A stretch of DNA of 64,000 nt from Myxococcota bacterium (GTDB lineage: Bacteria; Myxococcota_A; UBA9160; PR03). The notes beneath the pieces are model-generated. The model saw only the letters and a list, made by a program, of their open reading frames with translations. It did no database searches and was not told where the DNA came from. Shown in pieces: positions 46,539-56,402 of this stretch. Every line of letters begins with the position of its first letter. Position 1 is the first letter of the stretch. The position numbers and the translations under genes were made by a program. The stretch lies in assembly GCA_041611735.1 (NCBI GenBank), contig JBFIML010000005.1, positions 7,525 to 71,524 on the forward strand. Reading direction: 5' to 3'.

Positions 46539-47888
46539 TCACGACAGCGGGACCTGCACATGGTACCGGGCCGGGCCCCGTTGAACCACGAGCAGGGCCC
46601 GGGAGCGTCCCCGCAGCTCGAGCACCGAGCTGCGCAGGGTCTCCTCGCCGGCCACGGCGCGGCCGTTGATGCCGAGCAGGCGGTCGCCGGCCCGCAGGCC
46701 GATGCGCTCCGCGCCGCTTCCGGGGCGCACCTTGGTGACCTGGAAGCCGCCGTGCGGATGCCCGGCGAGCCCGAGTCCGAGCAGGCGCTCTCCCAGGCGC
46801 AGGACCTCCGCTGGCGGAATCTCCAGGGCGCGCACGCGCAGCGTCCGGCGCGCACCCTCCCGCCACAGCTCGAGCGCCATCTCCTGGCCCGTGGTCGCTC
46901 GCTCCAGGATCTCGTAGAGCTCGCGCGGCGTACGGATGGGATGGCCGTCGAGGCCCACCACCAGGTCGCCTCGACGCACCCCGGCCCGGGCCGCCGGCGT
47001 GTCCGGGGCCACCCCGGCCACCAGGGCTCCGCGCAGCCCGGCGGGCAGCTCGAGCACGTCCTCCAGCGACGCGTCGAGACTCTGGAGCTCGAGCCCGAGC
47101 CAGACCGGCGCCACCTGGCCATGGGCGATGAGCTGCTCCACCACGCGGCGGGCGGTGTCGATCGGGATCGCGAAGCCGATGCCCTGGCCGTGGGCGTAGA
47201 TGGCGGTGTTGATGCCGATCAGCCGACCGGTGGCGTCGAGCAGCGGCCCGCCGGAGTTGCCGGGGTTGATGGAGGCGTCGGTCTGGAGGAAGCCGTGGAA
47301 GACGCGGTCGTCGCTCCGGATCGAGCGGTCGAGGGCGGAGATCACGCCCGTCGTGACGGTGCTCGACAGGCCGAACGGGTTGCCGATCGCGATCACCGGC
47401 TCCCCCACCATGAGGTCCGCGGAGCTTCCCGGTGCCGTCCAGGGCAGGGACTCCTCGCTCTGCACGCGCAGCACGGCCAGATCGTTGTTCGGGTCGGCGC
47501 CGACGAGCTCGGCGTCGTATTTCCGTCCGTCGGCGAGCGCCACCCGGATGCGGCTCGCCCGGGCCACCACGTGCTCGTTGGTGAGCACGTGGCGGGCGGC
47601 GTCGATGATCACGCCGGAGCCCAGGCTCTGGACCCGCCGCGAGACCCGGGGCTCGAAGAAGTCGCGGAAGAAGCGCTCGAAGAGCGGATCGCCTTCGAAG
47701 GGCGAGCGGAACGGCTGGCGCGCGGCCATCACCCGCTCGGTGGTGATGTTGACCACCGAGGGCCCCACCCGGCTCACCGCCTCGACGGCCGCCGTGCGGC
47801 GCAGGAAGGGATCCGCTCCATGGGCTGCGGGCGGGACAGGGTTGGCGAGCCCACCGAGCAGGATGCCCATGGCGACGAGGCCCCGCAT
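46539..47888 (-). CDS. HtrA/DegP-family serine endoprotease, paralog 2
   Basis: TNEHVV, DLAVLRV and GNSGGPLL, plus two PDZ-like repeats. Start ATG 47888 (MRGLVAMGILLGG signal), with an alternative at ATG 47945. Confidence 0.8.
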   Translation of the reverse strand: MRGLVAMGILLGGLANPVPPAAHGADPFLRRTAAVEAVSRVGPSVVNITTERVMAARQPFRSPFEGDPLFERFFRDFFEPRVSRRVQSLGSGVIIDAARHVLTNEHVVARASRIRVALADGRKYDAELVGADPNNDLAVLRVQSEESLPWTAPGSSADLMVGEPVIAIGNPFGLSSTVTTGVISALDRSIRSDDRVFHGFLQTDASINPGNSGGPLLDATGRLIGINTAIYAHGQGIGFAIPIDTARRVVEQLIAHGQVAPVWLGLELQSLDASLEDVLELPAGLRGALVAGVAPDTPAARAGVRRGDLVVGLDGHPIRTPRELYEILERATTGQEMALELWREGARRTLRVRALEIPPAEVLRLGERLLGLGLAGHPHGGFQVTKVRPGSGAERIGLRAGDRLLGINGRAVAGEETLRSSVLELRGRSRALLVVQRGPARYHVQVPLS

Positions 47889-48057
47889 GGCCTTGCGAGA
47901 GACGGGGATCGATGCGAAGGGATTCACCGTCCGGTCGGTCGCCATCGGCCCGGCCGGGGCGCATCCCGGCGCGCGGGCCGGCATGGGCGGTGAAAGGTAC
48001 GACGCCGTCCGGCGTGCGGCAACGGCTCCGGACGAGGGCCCGCGAGAAGGGGAGCGG

Positions 48058-49224
48058 ATGCTCGATGCGGCGGCGACCTGGCTGCGGGAGCGGCTCGGGC
48101 GGGAGCCGGAGCTGGCAGTCCGGGCGCCGGGCCGGGTCAACCTGATCGGCGAGCACACGGACTACAACCAGGGGCTCGTGCTGCCCTGCGCCATCGACCT
48201 GGAGCTGGTGGCCGTGGGGGCGCGCCGGGCCGACGGCCGCTTCCGGGTGGCCTCCCGCCAGGTGGGCGAGCCGGCGGAGTTCGACGCCGCGGCCCCGACC
48301 CGGGGCCGCGGCTGGCTGGACTACGTGCAGGGCGTGGTGGCCGCCTTCCGCGCCGCCGGGCTTCCCATCGTGGGTCTGGACCTGGCGCTGGTGAGCTCGC
48401 TGCCGCGCGAGGCCGGCCTCTCGAGCTCGGCGGCCCTCGAGCTGGCGGTGGCCACCGCCCTGGCGGAGGCCGCCGGCCTGGGTCTGGACGGCGCCGCCCG
48501 GGCGCGTCTCGCCCATCGGGCCGAGACGGACTTCGTGGGGGTTCCCTGCGGGCGCATGGACCAGCTGGCCTGCGCCCTCGGGCGCCGGGACCACGCGCTC
48601 CGCATCGACTGCCGCGACGACACGGTGGAGGCGATCCCGTTGCCGGGCCACCGCCTGGGGCTGCTGATCGCCGCTTCGGGTGTGCGACGCCAGCTGGCCA
48701 GTGGCGCCTACGCGCGCCGCCGGACCGAGTGCGCGGAGGGCCTGGCCCGGGCGCGGCAGGCGGGTGCGCTCCCGGGGGCGGCGCGCGCCTGGCGCGACGC
48801 CGGATCCGAGCAGCTCCCGGTCCTCCAGCGGGCTCTCGATCCCGTGCGCTTCCGGCGCGCGCGCCACGTGATCCGCGAGAACCAACGGGTGGAGGAGACC
48901 TGCGCCGCGCTCCGCACCGGCGACCTCCCGCGCGTCGGCGCGCTGCTGCGCGAGGGCATGGCCAGCCTGCGCGACGACTTCGAGGTCAGCGTCCCCGAGC
49001 TCGACCTGCTCTGCGAGCTCGGCGACGCGACGCCGGGCTGCTTCGGGTCGCGCCTGACCGGCGCCGGCTTCGGCGGCTGCACCGTGCACCTGGTGGCACC
49101 GGCCCGGGCCGAAGCCGTGGCCGATGCGCTGCGCGCCGGCTTCGCGCGCCGCTTCGGGCGCGAGCCGCCGGTCTGGCCCGTGGTCGCGGCCGACGGCGCG
49201 GCGCCCCTTCCGCTGCCGTCCTAG
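48058..49224 (+). CDS. galK: Galactokinase
   Basis: GRVNLIGEHTDYNQGLVLP and GAGFGGCTV are GHMP kinase/galactokinase signatures. Confidence 0.85.
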   Translation: MLDAAATWLRERLGREPELAVRAPGRVNLIGEHTDYNQGLVLPCAIDLELVAVGARRADGRFRVASRQVGEPAEFDAAAPTRGRGWLDYVQGVVAAFRAAGLPIVGLDLALVSSLPREAGLSSSAALELAVATALAEAAGLGLDGAARARLAHRAETDFVGVPCGRMDQLACALGRRDHALRIDCRDDTVEAIPLPGHRLGLLIAASGVRRQLASGAYARRRTECAEGLARARQAGALPGAARAWRDAGSEQLPVLQRALDPVRFRRARHVIRENQRVEETCAALRTGDLPRVGALLREGMASLRDDFEVSVPELDLLCELGDATPGCFGSRLTGAGFGGCTVHLVAPARAEAVADALRAGFARRFGREPPVWPVVAADGAAPLPLPS

Positions 49225-50609
49225 GGCGCCGGAGGGGCGGGCGCCGGTCGGGCGTGGGACGCCTCGCCGGCCCCGTCGCCTTCGGAGGCGGCCGGGGGCG
49301 ACGGGGAGGCGCCGCGCTTCACCAGCAGGTACTTGGTCTCCTCGCCGCGCTGGGTCTCGATCAGGAAGCGGGCGCGGTCGGCCGCCCCGTCGATGGCCTT
49401 CCGGAAGTCCTCGAGGTCGTCCACGCCCTGGGTCTCGATGCGGCGGATCACGTCGCCGGGCAGCAGCCCCGCCTCCGCCGCCGGCGAGCCCCCGGCCACG
49501 AACGAGACGTAGGCCCCGAGCCGCGTGCCGAGCCGCTGGGTGCGGTAGACGTGCTCGGTGATCTCCTGGACGTGGAAGCCCACGTCCGTCTCCTGCTCGG
49601 CGGGGTCCACTTCGGGCTGCACGGCGAGGCGCACGCGCACCTCCTTGGGCTTTGCGTCGCGCAGCAGGGTGACGCCCGCTTCCTGGCCCGGCGGCACGCC
49701 GGCCACCAGGCGCTGGAAGCTGCCCAGGTCCTCGTCCTTCTCCGCCTCGACGCCCACTGCGTTGAAGTGGGTGATCACGTCGCCCGCCCGCAGCCCGGCC
49801 TTGGCCGCCGGCGAGTCCGGTGTGACGCTGTTCACGATCACCCCGCTCGCCTTGGGAATGCGGAAGTACTCGGCCAGGTCGCGGTCCAGGGGTTGCATGG
49901 TGATGCCGAGCCAGCCGCGCTCGATGCCGCCCTCCTCGAGCTGGCGCATCACGTCCAGGGCCGTGTCCACCGGGATCGTGAAGCCGATGCCGCGGCCCTG
50001 GCCGCGGGAATTGATTCCGATCACGCGGCCCTCGAGATCCACCAGCGGCCCGCCGGAGGAGCCGCGGTCGATCATGGCGTCGGTCTGGATGAAGTCGTTC
50101 AGCAGCTCGGGGATCTCGAGGTTGCGTCCCTTGGCGGAGACGATCCCGAACGAGACGGTGCCGTCCAGGCCGTAGGGGTTGCCCACCGCCAGGACCCACT
50201 GCCCCACCTGCACCTCGTCCACGTGCCCGAAGCTCGCTGCCGGGAGCGCGAAGTCCGGCTCGATGCGCAGCAGCGCGATATCGGTCTGCTTGTCGGTGCC
50301 CACCACCCGCGCCGGGTACTTCCGCTTCCGGCCGGGCACCGAGACGCTCACCTTCTCCGCCTTCTCCACCACGTGCTGGTTGGTGAGGATGCGCCCGTCC
50401 GGGCTGGCGATCAGGCCGGAGCCCGTCACCTTGTTGCGGCGGTCGTTCACCTTGACGATCGCCTCCACGTGCACGACCGACGGGATCACGCGCTCCGAGA
50501 TCTCGATGATGCGCTGCTGGAGCGTCTCCAGCTCCCCGGCGCTGGCGGCCGCGCGGGCGGCCCCCGGGAGCGTGACGAGGCAGGCCAGCAGGAGGACGAG
50601 GCGCCGCAT
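49221..50609 (-). CDS. HtrA/DegP-family serine endoprotease, paralog 3 (GSSGG variant of the serine motif)
   Basis: Signal peptide LLLACLVTLPGAARA; TNQHVV, DIALLRI, DRGSSGGPLV; two PDZ-like repeats. Confidence 0.8.
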   Translation of the reverse strand: MRRLVLLLACLVTLPGAARAAASAGELETLQQRIIEISERVIPSVVHVEAIVKVNDRRNKVTGSGLIASPDGRILTNQHVVEKAEKVSVSVPGRKRKYPARVVGTDKQTDIALLRIEPDFALPAASFGHVDEVQVGQWVLAVGNPYGLDGTVSFGIVSAKGRNLEIPELLNDFIQTDAMIDRGSSGGPLVDLEGRVIGINSRGQGRGIGFTIPVDTALDVMRQLEEGGIERGWLGITMQPLDRDLAEYFRIPKASGVIVNSVTPDSPAAKAGLRAGDVITHFNAVGVEAEKDEDLGSFQRLVAGVPPGQEAGVTLLRDAKPKEVRVRLAVQPEVDPAEQETDVGFHVQEITEHVYRTQRLGTRLGAYVSFVAGGSPAAEAGLLPGDVIRRIETQGVDDLEDFRKAIDGAADRARFLIETQRGEETKYLLVKRGASPSPPAASEGDGAGEASHARPAPAPPAP

Positions 50610-50619
50610 GGGGTCTCCT

Positions 50620-51273
50620 TCAGCCCGCGGCGTCGAGGGCGGCCCGCAGGGCCGCCGCCGCCGCGCCGGGATCGTCGCTGCCCAGGATCGCTCCGGTCAC
50701 GGCCACGCCCGCCGCGCCCGCAGCCAGCGCCTGGGCGGCGTTGCTGGCGTCGATGCCGCCCTGGGCGAGCACGGGGATGACCGCCCCACACGCCGCCGCC
50801 AGCGCGGCCAGGCCGAGCGGGGGGCGGGTGGCCGGCTTCGAGAGCGGGGCGAAGATCGGCGCGAGGTGTGCGTAGCCGGCGCCGGCGTCCGCCGCCGCCT
50901 GGACCTCCTGCGCGTCGTGGGCCGAGACGCCCACCCGCGCCGCCGCCGGCAGCAGCCCCCGCGCCGTCTCCGGCGCCAGGGCGTCGAAGCCCAGATGGAC
51001 GCCGTCGGTCTCGGCCGCGAGGGCCACGTCGATGCGGCGATTCATCAAGATGCAGACTTTCCGTCCGCGTGCTTCGGCGGCCCGGCGCGCCGCCTTGACG
51101 ACGCGGTCCGTGACGGCGAGCAACGCCCCGCCCGCCAGGTCCCGCTCCCGGATCTGTACCCAGTCCACCCCCGCTGCCACCGCCGCCGCCACCGCCTCCT
51201 CGAGGGGAGTGGGCGTCGCGTGGCGGTCCGTGACGAGGCAGAGCAGGGGGCGCGCGCGTTCAGAAGCTCGCAA
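50620..51273 (-). CDS. thiE: Thiamine-phosphate synthase
   Basis: 217 aa with the TIM-barrel ThiE pattern (LCLVTD..., [23 protein letters not shown]-like, GGI). Confidence 0.75.
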   Translation of the reverse strand: MRASERARPLLCLVTDRHATPTPLEEAVAAAVAAGVDWVQIRERDLAGGALLAVTDRVVKAARRAAEARGRKVCILMNRRIDVALAAETDGVHLGFDALAPETARGLLPAAARVGVSAHDAQEVQAAADAGAGYAHLAPIFAPLSKPATRPPLGLAALAAACGAVIPVLAQGGIDASNAAQALAAGAAGVAVTGAILGSDDPGAAAAALRAALDAAG

Positions 51274-52033
51274 GTCCGTCCAACGGGCTCGAGGCCGAGG
51301 CGTAGAGCCGGCGCGGGATGCGGCCCGCCTCGTAGGCGAGCCGGCCCGCCTCCACGGCCAGGCGCATGGCGCGGGCCATCTTGACCGGCTCCTTGGCGCC
51401 GGCGATGCCGGTGTTCATGAGCACCGCTGCGCAGCCGAGCTCCATGGCCTCCGAGGCGTCGCTCGCCGTGCCGACGCCCGCGTCCACGATCACCGGCACC
51501 TCCACGGTCTCCAGGATGATGCGCAGGTTGGCCGGATTGCGGATGCCGAGTCCGGAGCCGATGGGCGCTGCCAGGGGCATCACCGCCGCGCAGCCTAGCT
51601 CCGCGAGCCGCTGGCAGGCGACCGGGTCGTCGTTCACGTAGGGCAGCACCGTGAAGCCCTCGTCCACCAGCTGGCGCGCCGCCTGCAGGGTCGCGGGTAC
51701 GTCGGGGAACAGGGTGCGGTCGTCCCCGATCACCTCGAGCTTGACGAGGCCGTGGCCGAAGAGCTCGCGCCCCAGGCGGGCGGTGCCGACCGCGTCCTCC
51801 ACGGTCTTGCAACCGGCGGTGTTGGGCAGCACGGTCGTCCCTTCCGGCAGGAAGTCGAGCACCCCCTGGCCGCGCGGCGCCTTCAGGTCCAGGCGGCGCA
51901 GGGCCACGGTCACGAGCTGGGCGCCGCTCGCCTCCACGGCCGCGCGCTGCACGTCCAGGGACGGGTACTTTCCCGAGCCGACGATCAGGCGCGACGTGAA
52001 GCTGCGGCTACCGAGGTTGTAGGAGCCGGACAC
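51260..52033 (-). CDS. thiG: Thiazole synthase
   Basis: [10 protein letters not shown]..., [14 protein letters not shown] and KLEVIGD are ThiG signatures. Confidence 0.9.
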   Translation of the reverse strand: MSGSYNLGSRSFTSRLIVGSGKYPSLDVQRAAVEASGAQLVTVALRRLDLKAPRGQGVLDFLPEGTTVLPNTAGCKTVEDAVGTARLGRELFGHGLVKLEVIGDDRTLFPDVPATLQAARQLVDEGFTVLPYVNDDPVACQRLAELGCAAVMPLAAPIGSGLGIRNPANLRIILETVEVPVIVDAGVGTASDASEAMELGCAAVLMNTGIAGAKEPVKMARAMRLAVEAGRLAYEAGRIPRRLYASASSPLDGLASF

Positions 52034-52036
52034 CGA

Positions 52037-52264
52037 TCAGCCTCCTCCGACGGCTTCCAGGATCTCGACGCGGTCGCCCGCCGCCAGGCGCCGGGAGCCA
52101 AACGCCGAGCGGGGCACGACCTCGCGGTTCACCGCCACGGCGATGCGGGCGCCCGCCACCCCGAGCTGGCGGACCAGGGCCGCCACGGTGCAGCCCGCGG
52201 CGACGCGCCGGGGCTCGCCGTTCACCCGCAGCTCCAGTTCGGGAAGGCCTTCGAGGTTGGACAC
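52037..52264 (-). CDS. thiS: Sulfur-carrier protein ThiS
   Basis: 75 aa ending ...ILEAVGGG (C-terminal GG), immediately upstream of thiG. Confidence 0.8.
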   Translation of the reverse strand: MSNLEGLPELELRVNGEPRRVAAGCTVAALVRQLGVAGARIAVAVNREVVPRSAFGSRRLAAGDRVEILEAVGGG

Positions 52265-52308
52265 GGTAGGCGTCAGGCTCGCGCGCGGAACTGCCGAAAG
52301 CTACCGGA

Positions 52309-52342
52309 GGAGCCCGGGAGGGTCAAATCGGGCTCCCGATTT
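52309..52342 (-). promoter_or_regulatory. Mutually exclusive hairpins in the thiS leader
   Basis: Stem A pairs 52309-52316 (ggagcccg) with 52329-52336 (cgggctcc). Stem B pairs 52325-52331 (aaatcgg) with 52336-52342 (ccgattt). The two stems share nucleotides, so they cannot form together. Confidence 0.3.
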
Positions 52343-52450
52343 CGGCCAGATTTCCAAGGGGTTGGATGCGGCGGGCCGGGGCCGGGGAGGGCGGGTGAGC
52401 CGGCGAGAAGCGAGGCGGGCCGGGGAGCGGGCGCCGCGGGAGGCTCTCCC

Positions 52451-53233
52451 GTGAGCGTGGCCGCCGCGGTCGGGCGCGTGGGTGGCATGGCCCTCGACGC
52501 GGTGCGGGGCTTCGGCGGGGGCACCCTGCTCCTCGGGCAAACCCTGGGCCGGCTCCTGCGGCCACCCTTCGTGGCGCCCCGCGGCCTGCTCGAGCAGTGC
52601 CTGCGGGTGGGCGTCGAGTCGGTCCCCGTGGTGCTGGTGACGGGCGCCTTCACGGGCATGGTGCTGGCCTTCGAGTCCGCCATCGCCTTCCGGCGCTTCG
52701 GCTCCGAGGACCTGATCGCCACGGTCGTCGCCCTGGCCGTGACCCGCGAGCTCGGCCCCGTGCTCACCGGCGTCATGGTGGCCGGGCGGGTCGGGTCCGC
52801 CATGGCCGCCGAGCTCGGCAGCATGCGCATCACCGAGCAGATCGATGCGCTCGTGACCCTCGCCACGGACCCCGTGCGCTTCCTGGTGGTGCCGCGCGTC
52901 CTGGCGGCCACCCTGATGCTCCCCTGTCTGGTGCTCTTCGCCGACGCCATCGGCATCGTGGGTGGCTGGCTCGTGGGCGTGAAGGCGCTCGGCAACAACC
53001 CGGTCCTCTACGAGAAGCGCACGCTCCAGTACCTGGAGCTCGCGGACGTGAGCGTGGGTCTGGCCAAGGCGGCCGTCTTCGGCGCGACCCTCGCCCTGGT
53101 GGGCTGCTATCTGGGCTACACCGTGCGCGGCGGCGCGCGGGAGGTGGGCGTCGCGGTCACCCGCTCGGTGGTGGTCTCGCTGATCCTGATCCTGGTGTTC
53201 GACTACCTGCTCACCGCCTGGTTCTTCGGATGA
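52451..53233 (+). CDS. mlaE: MlaE-type ABC transporter permease
   Basis: The MlaE pattern is present (VTRELGPVLTGVMVAGRVGSAMAAELGSMRITEQIDAL). The start is GTG 52451 or ATG 52487. Confidence 0.8.
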   Translation: MSVAAAVGRVGGMALDAVRGFGGGTLLLGQTLGRLLRPPFVAPRGLLEQCLRVGVESVPVVLVTGAFTGMVLAFESAIAFRRFGSEDLIATVVALAVTRELGPVLTGVMVAGRVGSAMAAELGSMRITEQIDALVTLATDPVRFLVVPRVLAATLMLPCLVLFADAIGIVGGWLVGVKALGNNPVLYEKRTLQYLELADVSVGLAKAAVFGATLALVGCYLGYTVRGGAREVGVAVTRSVVVSLILILVFDYLLTAWFFG

Positions 53234-54009
53234 GCGCGCCGGCCGCGGCGCCCGCGGCCTCGGAGGCGGCGAGCTTCCTCCAGGTCCGCAAGGCGTACGG
53301 GGAGCGCCAGGTGCTCGACGGGCTGAGCCTCGTCGTCCCCGCCCAGCGCATCCTGGTGGTGATGGGGAGCAGCGGCGTGGGCAAGTCGACCCTGTTGCGG
53401 CTGCTGCTCGGGCTCGAGCCCTACGACGCGGGCTCCCTGCGCCTGCTCGGCCACGAGGTGGCCCGCCTCGGCCCCGAGGCCCACGCCCGTCTCATGCTGC
53501 GCGTCGGCATGCTGTTCCAGTTCGGCGCGTTGTTCGACTCGATGACGGTGGGCGAGAACGTGGGCTTCGCGCTCTCCCACGTGCGTCGCCTGCCTCGGTC
53601 CGAGACGCGTCGCATCGTGCGGGAGACGCTGCTGCTGGTCGGCCTCAAGAACGTGGAGCAGCTGCGTCCCTCCGAGATCTCGGGCGGCATGCGCAAGCGG
53701 GTGGCCCTGGCACGGGCCATTGCCCACCGGCCCGAGGTGCTGCTGGTGGACGAGCCCACCAGCGGGCTCGACCCGGTGACGGCCGACGCCATCGGGCAGC
53801 TGATCGTCCAGCTGCGCAACCGCCTCGGCGTCAGCGTGCTGGCCATCAGCCACGACGTTCAGCTCGCCTTCCGGATCGCCGATCGGATCTCGATGCTGCA
53901 CCGCGGCCGGATCGTGGCGGAGGGGGCACCGGAGGAGATGAGGAGCTCGCCCAACGAGGTGGTGCGGCAGTTCCTGGCCGGACGGGCCCACGGCCCGATC
54001 CCGGTCTGA
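53230..54009 (+). CDS. mlaF: MlaF-type ABC transporter ATP-binding protein
   Basis: Walker A GSSGVGKST, signature SGGMRKRVALARA, Walker B LLVDEPTSGLD. The ATG overlaps the mlaE stop (ATGA). Confidence 0.85.
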   Translation: MSAPAAAPAASEAASFLQVRKAYGERQVLDGLSLVVPAQRILVVMGSSGVGKSTLLRLLLGLEPYDAGSLRLLGHEVARLGPEAHARLMLRVGMLFQFGALFDSMTVGENVGFALSHVRRLPRSETRRIVRETLLLVGLKNVEQLRPSEISGGMRKRVALARAIAHRPEVLLVDEPTSGLDPVTADAIGQLIVQLRNRLGVSVLAISHDVQLAFRIADRISMLHRGRIVAEGAPEEMRSSPNEVVRQFLAGRAHGPIPV

Positions 54010-54018
54010 GGAGGCGGC

Positions 54019-54936
54019 ATGGGGGAACAGCGCGCCGAGCTCTGGGTGGGGGCCACCGTCCTGGCCGCCCTGGCGCTCTTCCTCTACGCCACCTTCCGGG
54101 TCGGCGGCTGCGCGTGGGTGGAGGTCCCGGGCCGCCGCCTGGTGGCGCGCTTCGACGACGCGGCCGGGGTCGAGCTGCGCACCGAGGTGACCGTGGCGGG
54201 CGTGCGCGTCGGCGAGGTGGAGTCCGTGCGCCTCGATGGCGGCCGCGCCCGCGTGACGCTCCGCATCGAGGAAACGGGCCTGGAGCTGCCGGTGGACTCC
54301 GTGGCGCGCATCCGCTCCCGGGGCCTGCTCGGCGAGCGCCAGGTGGAGATCGTCCCCGGCGGCTCGCAGCAGCTGCTGGGCGACGGCGACGTGCTGACCC
54401 GGACCGTGGATGCCGCCAACGTGGACCGGCTGCTGGACCAGCTGGCGGGGGTGGCCGACGACGTGAAGACCGTGACTCGCACCTTGCGCCTGGTCCTGGG
54501 CGGCTCGGAGGGGGAGGCCCACCTGGCGGAGATCGTCCAGAACGTGCACGCCGTCTCCCAGGAGCTGCGTGGCTTCGTGGAGGACAACCGCGGCCAGCTG
54601 GCGGGCGCCATCGCGAGCTTCGACCGCTTCGCCGCCGAGCTGGCGCGCCTCACCGAGGAGAATGGGCAGACCCTCGACCAGATGCTGGGCCGCTTCGCCC
54701 GGGTCTCCGGGGAGATGGAGACGGCGGTCGGGCGTCTCGCCGCGGTGAGCGAGCGCGTGGAGCGCGGCGAGGGGAGCCTGGGCAAGCTCCTGAACGACGA
54801 GGAGCTCTACGACTCCGCGCGCGACTCCCTGGCCGAACTGCGGGAAGCCCTGCGGGAGGTGCGTCGCGCGGCCGAGGACGCCCAGGAGCAGCTCCCGGTC
54901 ACCGTGCTGGGCTCGATGGTCGGGACGCTCTTCTGA
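54019..54936 (+). CDS. mlaD: MlaD/MCE-domain protein
   Basis: An N-terminal TM helix is followed by an MCE domain ([43 protein letters not shown]) and a helical C-terminus. Confidence 0.8.
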   Translation: MGEQRAELWVGATVLAALALFLYATFRVGGCAWVEVPGRRLVARFDDAAGVELRTEVTVAGVRVGEVESVRLDGGRARVTLRIEETGLELPVDSVARIRSRGLLGERQVEIVPGGSQQLLGDGDVLTRTVDAANVDRLLDQLAGVADDVKTVTRTLRLVLGGSEGEAHLAEIVQNVHAVSQELRGFVEDNRGQLAGAIASFDRFAAELARLTEENGQTLDQMLGRFARVSGEMETAVGRLAAVSERVERGEGSLGKLLNDEELYDSARDSLAELREALREVRRAAEDAQEQLPVTVLGSMVGTLF

Positions 54937-56351
54937 TGGAGGGGCCCGCCCGGCGGCTCGTACCCCTGGTGGCGGGCCTGCTGGCGGTGCTCGCCCCGGG
55001 CGGCCCGGCCGCGGGCTTCGAGCTCTGGCCCCTGGTCGTCGGCGACGAGCGTCCCGTGGCCGGGATCGCGCGCCGGCGCGCCGCCGGCCCGCTCTTCGAG
55101 TCCTTCGAGCTGGCGGACGGGACGCGCGGCTGGATGCTGCGGCCGCTGCTGGGCGGGCTCGAGGCGGGTGGGCGCTCCCGGCTCGAGTTCCTCTACCCGC
55201 TCGGCGCCTTCCAGCGCGGCGAGCCGGGCTGGAGCCTGCGCGTGACCCCGCTCCTCGACATCCAGGGGGGCGGCGGCGACGGACCGGAAGCGGCCGACGG
55301 TACCGGGACGCGCCGCTCCGCCTGGACGGTCGGGCCCGCCTTCGGCGGCCGCACTCCGCAGGGGCAGCGCTACGGCGGCCTCTTCCCGCTGGGTGGCGTG
55401 GCCCGCGAGCGCTTCGGCCTGGCGCGCCTCGACTTCTGGCTGTTCCCCCTCTTCGCCCGCGCCCGCCATCGCGACGGGTTCGAGCGCACCTATCTGTTGT
55501 GGCCGTTCCTCTCCTGGGGCCACGGCGGCGGTCGCCGCCTGCTGCGCATCTGGCCCTTCTACGGCCACGACGTGAAGCAGGACCGCTTCGAGCGTCGCTT
55601 CGCAATCTGGCCCCTGGTGCACTGGCGCAACGAGGACCCGGGCGGACCGGGCCAGCGGCAGGTGCGGCTTTTCCTGCCCTTCTACGGCGAGAGCCGTTCC
55701 GCCCGCGCCCGCTCGCAGTTCGTGCTGGGTCCCCTCCACCTGGCCAGCGAGAACCAGCAGACCGGCGAGCGCTCCCGGGCCTGGTTGTGGCCGCTGGTTC
55801 GCTTCGCCCGGCGGCCGGCCCGCGACGGCTTCGCCGGGTCGCGGGAGCTGCGCGTCGAGCCCTTCGTGCGCCGGGTGAAGACGCCCGGCAGCACGCGCAC
55901 GCGGTTCGCCCTGGGCGCCGTCGAGCGGTACGTGGCCGAGGACGACGACGGCACTCGCAGCGGCTGGCGCCTGCTCTGGATCTCACGCTTCGCCCACGAG
56001 CGGCGCGCCGACGCGAGCGAGGGCTGGAAGCGCGACCTCTGGCCCGTGTTCCGATACCGCGCCGAGCACCCCGCCGACGCGCCGCCCCGGGGCCGCCTGG
56101 CGATCCCCTGGCTGCTGCCCGTGGGCGGGGAGGGCTTCCAGCGCCACTGGCTCGACGCCGTCACGGTCTACGAGCGTCGCTGGAGCGACGCAGAGTCCCG
56201 CAACGACTGGCTGTGGGGACTCGTGCGCAGCCAGGCGACTCCGTCCGGGGTCTTCCACGACGTGGCCGGCGTGCTGCGCTGGGAGCGGCCGCGCGCGGAC
56301 GCTGGAGCCGTCGTCGGCGGCCCCTCCGCCCCGCAAGCGCAGGTCGATTGA
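54936..56351 (+). CDS. Hypothetical secreted repeat protein (recurrent W-P-[LF] beta-hairpin-like motifs), translationally coupled to mlaD
   Basis: The ATG overlaps the mlaD stop (TGATG). The signal-like N-terminus is [20 protein letters not shown]. Repeats include [69 protein letters not shown] and LWPVFRY. Confidence 0.6.
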   Translation: MEGPARRLVPLVAGLLAVLAPGGPAAGFELWPLVVGDERPVAGIARRRAAGPLFESFELADGTRGWMLRPLLGGLEAGGRSRLEFLYPLGAFQRGEPGWSLRVTPLLDIQGGGGDGPEAADGTGTRRSAWTVGPAFGGRTPQGQRYGGLFPLGGVARERFGLARLDFWLFPLFARARHRDGFERTYLLWPFLSWGHGGGRRLLRIWPFYGHDVKQDRFERRFAIWPLVHWRNEDPGGPGQRQVRLFLPFYGESRSARARSQFVLGPLHLASENQQTGERSRAWLWPLVRFARRPARDGFAGSRELRVEPFVRRVKTPGSTRTRFALGAVERYVAEDDDGTRSGWRLLWISRFAHERRADASEGWKRDLWPVFRYRAEHPADAPPRGRLAIPWLLPVGGEGFQRHWLDAVTVYERRWSDAESRNDWLWGLVRSQATPSGVFHDVAGVLRWERPRADAGAVVGGPSAPQAQVD

Positions 56352-56402
56352 CGCGAACCGGGGCCGCCGGTACACCTGCCTCGTCCCATCGAGGAGGTTG
56401 CG

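Noticed and set aside
46525-50199. 1224-aa minus-strand ORF. Similar giant ORFs occur at 44874-47993 (+), 53203-55986 (-), 40854-43289 (+), 35366-37240 (-), 25914-27548 (-), 28482-30422 (+, N-terminal part) and 60516-61925 (-).
   Set aside because: These ORFs are Arg/Pro/Gly/Ala-dominated translations lying antisense or out of frame to confidently recognised genes (HtrA, GalK, ClpB, TrpS, Mla and others). Such stop-free frames are typical artefacts of very G+C-rich DNA.
52265-52450. A confident TPP riboswitch call upstream of thiS.
   Set aside because: The core CTGAGA and GGGGTGC elements were not found. Only a loose partial resemblance and competing hairpins are present, so this is kept as a low-confidence regulatory observation.
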